Shown one piece after another: positions 62,765 through 64,000 of a stretch of 64,000 nucleotides of DNA (the first letter of the stretch is position 1; each line of letters opens with the position of its first letter). Made by a program: the position numbers and the translations under genes. The notes under the pieces are model-generated. The model did not search any database, was not told the origin of the DNA, and saw nothing but the letters and a program-made list of their open reading frames with translations. The DNA is taken from contig OZ244034.1 of assembly GCA_965215185.1 (NCBI GenBank), forward strand, positions 2,528,001-2,592,000, read 5' to 3'. Source of the DNA: Acidimicrobiia bacterium. Lineage in GTDB: Bacteria; Actinomycetota; Acidimicrobiia; Spongiisociales; ZC4RG35.

Positions 62765-63781
62765 GTGAAGCAAGTCCATGTCTTGGCTAGGACCGCCGCC
62801 CGGTTGAGGCGGCCATGGAACAACCAGGGCGAGGACGGCGGGTATCGCCGGTACGTGGTCTATTTGGCTTTCGTCTCGATTCTCGCTGTCTTCGCCCTGA
62901 TACTGTGGGATGATGGTTTCCTGAGTTGGTCGAACCTCTTGAACATCGGCCGCCAGGCGGCGCCGATCGCGGTGATGGCGGTCGGTATGGCGTTCGCTCT
63001 GGCCTCGGCCGAGATAGATCTCTCGATCGGATCGACCGTTGCGCTCTCCTCGCTGGTGGCCGCGGTGGTGGTGGCCGACTACGGGTTCTTTCTGGGAGCG
63101 CTGGCCGCGGTGGCCGTGGGGGCACTGGTGGGCCTGGTAAACGGTCTCATTACGGTCAAGATACGCATTCCATCTTTTCTGGTGACCCTGGGGACACTGG
63201 GCATCATCAGCGGGGTCGCCCGCAATATGAACAACCTGCAGTCCATGCCGATTCGCAACGACGCTTTCTCCGCGCTATTTGGCGCCGGGTCGCTCGGCCC
63301 GATCTCTTCGCTGGTGATCTGGACGTTCGTCGTCTTTGCGTTGGGCCATTTCGCCCTCCATCATCTGCGCTGGGGGAGACATGTCCTGGCCACGGGCGCC
63401 AATCGGGCGTCTTCCAATGCGGCCGGCCTCAATACCGGCCGCATTCGAATCGGCGCCCTGATGGTTAGTTCGGTAGCGGCGTCTTTCGCAGGGGTGCTGC
63501 TGGCCGGACGGCTGTCCATCGGTCGCCATGATCTGGGCGAAAACGACCTGCTCACCGTGATCGCGGCGGTTGTGATCGGTGGCACCAGCCTGTTTGGCGG
63601 CCGCGCTTCCATCGGCGGGGCGGTTACCGGGGCTCTCATCATGGCGATGCTCAACAACGGATTGATTCTCATGGGCCTCGAAGTGGCGGATCAGTTGATC
63701 GCCCGAGGCTTCATCATCATCGTGGCGGTGGCGCTCAGTATGAGGGCACCTTCGGAAAGCGTGGGCGACGATGTTCCTTGA
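62765..63781 (+). CDS. Sugar ABC transporter permease (RbsC-like)
   Basis: IDLSIGS, IPSFLVTLG and IAAVVIGGTSLFGG motifs; start uncertain. Confidence 0.92.
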   Translation: MKQVHVLARTAARLRRPWNNQGEDGGYRRYVVYLAFVSILAVFALILWDDGFLSWSNLLNIGRQAAPIAVMAVGMAFALASAEIDLSIGSTVALSSLVAAVVVADYGFFLGALAAVAVGALVGLVNGLITVKIRIPSFLVTLGTLGIISGVARNMNNLQSMPIRNDAFSALFGAGSLGPISSLVIWTFVVFALGHFALHHLRWGRHVLATGANRASSNAAGLNTGRIRIGALMVSSVAASFAGVLLAGRLSIGRHDLGENDLLTVIAAVVIGGTSLFGGRASIGGAVTGALIMAMLNNGLILMGLEVADQLIARGFIIIVAVALSMRAPSESVGDDVP

Positions 63782-64000
63782 CTCACTGCTCACCAGGAAC
63801 CGGGCTTTCCTGGAGGCGGCGGTCCAACTTCACCAGGACAACCTGATCCCGGCCAACAGTTACGTGCTGGACCTCGACGCGGTGGCCTCGAATGCGCGCC
63901 TTATGACCGCCGAGGCGCACCGTCGCCAGTTGAAGGTGTACGCGATGAGCAAACAGGTGGGCCGGGCAGCAGCAGCCCTTCGGGTCATCACCGACGCCGG
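63771..64000 (+). CDS. YhfX-like alanine-racemase-fold PLP enzyme, N-terminus (runs off window)
   Basis: Manual translation MFLDSLLTRNRAFLEAAVQLHQDNLIPANSYVLDLDAV..YAMSKQVGR. Confidence 0.75.
   Translation, partial: MFLDSLLTRNRAFLEAAVQLHQDNLIPANSYVLDLDAVASNARLMTAEAHRRQLKVYAMSKQVGRAAAALRVITDA

Overview
High-GC actinobacterial chromosome segment, most consistent with Acidimicrobiia. The SLH/LRR/RCC1 eukaryotic-like proteins suggest a host-associated lineage such as a sponge symbiont (inference). 1-20 kb is the replication-origin region: gyrB (partial), a DciA-like gene, recF, dnaN, dnaA, rpmH-rnpA-yidD-yidC-jag, parB-parA-rsmG with two perfect parS sites, a CwlM-like gene, trxA/trxB, a membrane pseudokinase and a CCA-adding enzyme. 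Three things are atypical there: a cobT-cobS-cobU cassette separates dnaA from rpmH, DnaA has a divergent DNA-recognition helix and the origin lacks canonical DnaA boxes, and rsmG is doubly frameshifted. 21-40 kb is housekeeping: argCJBDRGH, an Aap-type amino-acid ABC transporter, acs, lnt, an inositol monophosphatase and an M3 peptidase. After an intact IS1380, a ROK-M20-sugar ABC-YhfX-like operon is split inside its M20 gene by a ~16.4 kb degraded island. The island carries an intact Schlafen/AlbA_2 gene next to a truncated trypsin-like protease, an SLH-LRR surface protein, a repeat-containing lipoprotein, RCC1 and LysR remnants, many IS fragments and a truncated tyrosine integrase. No rRNA, tRNA or CRISPR array was recognised. 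All calls come from reading the sequence; no database search was run.
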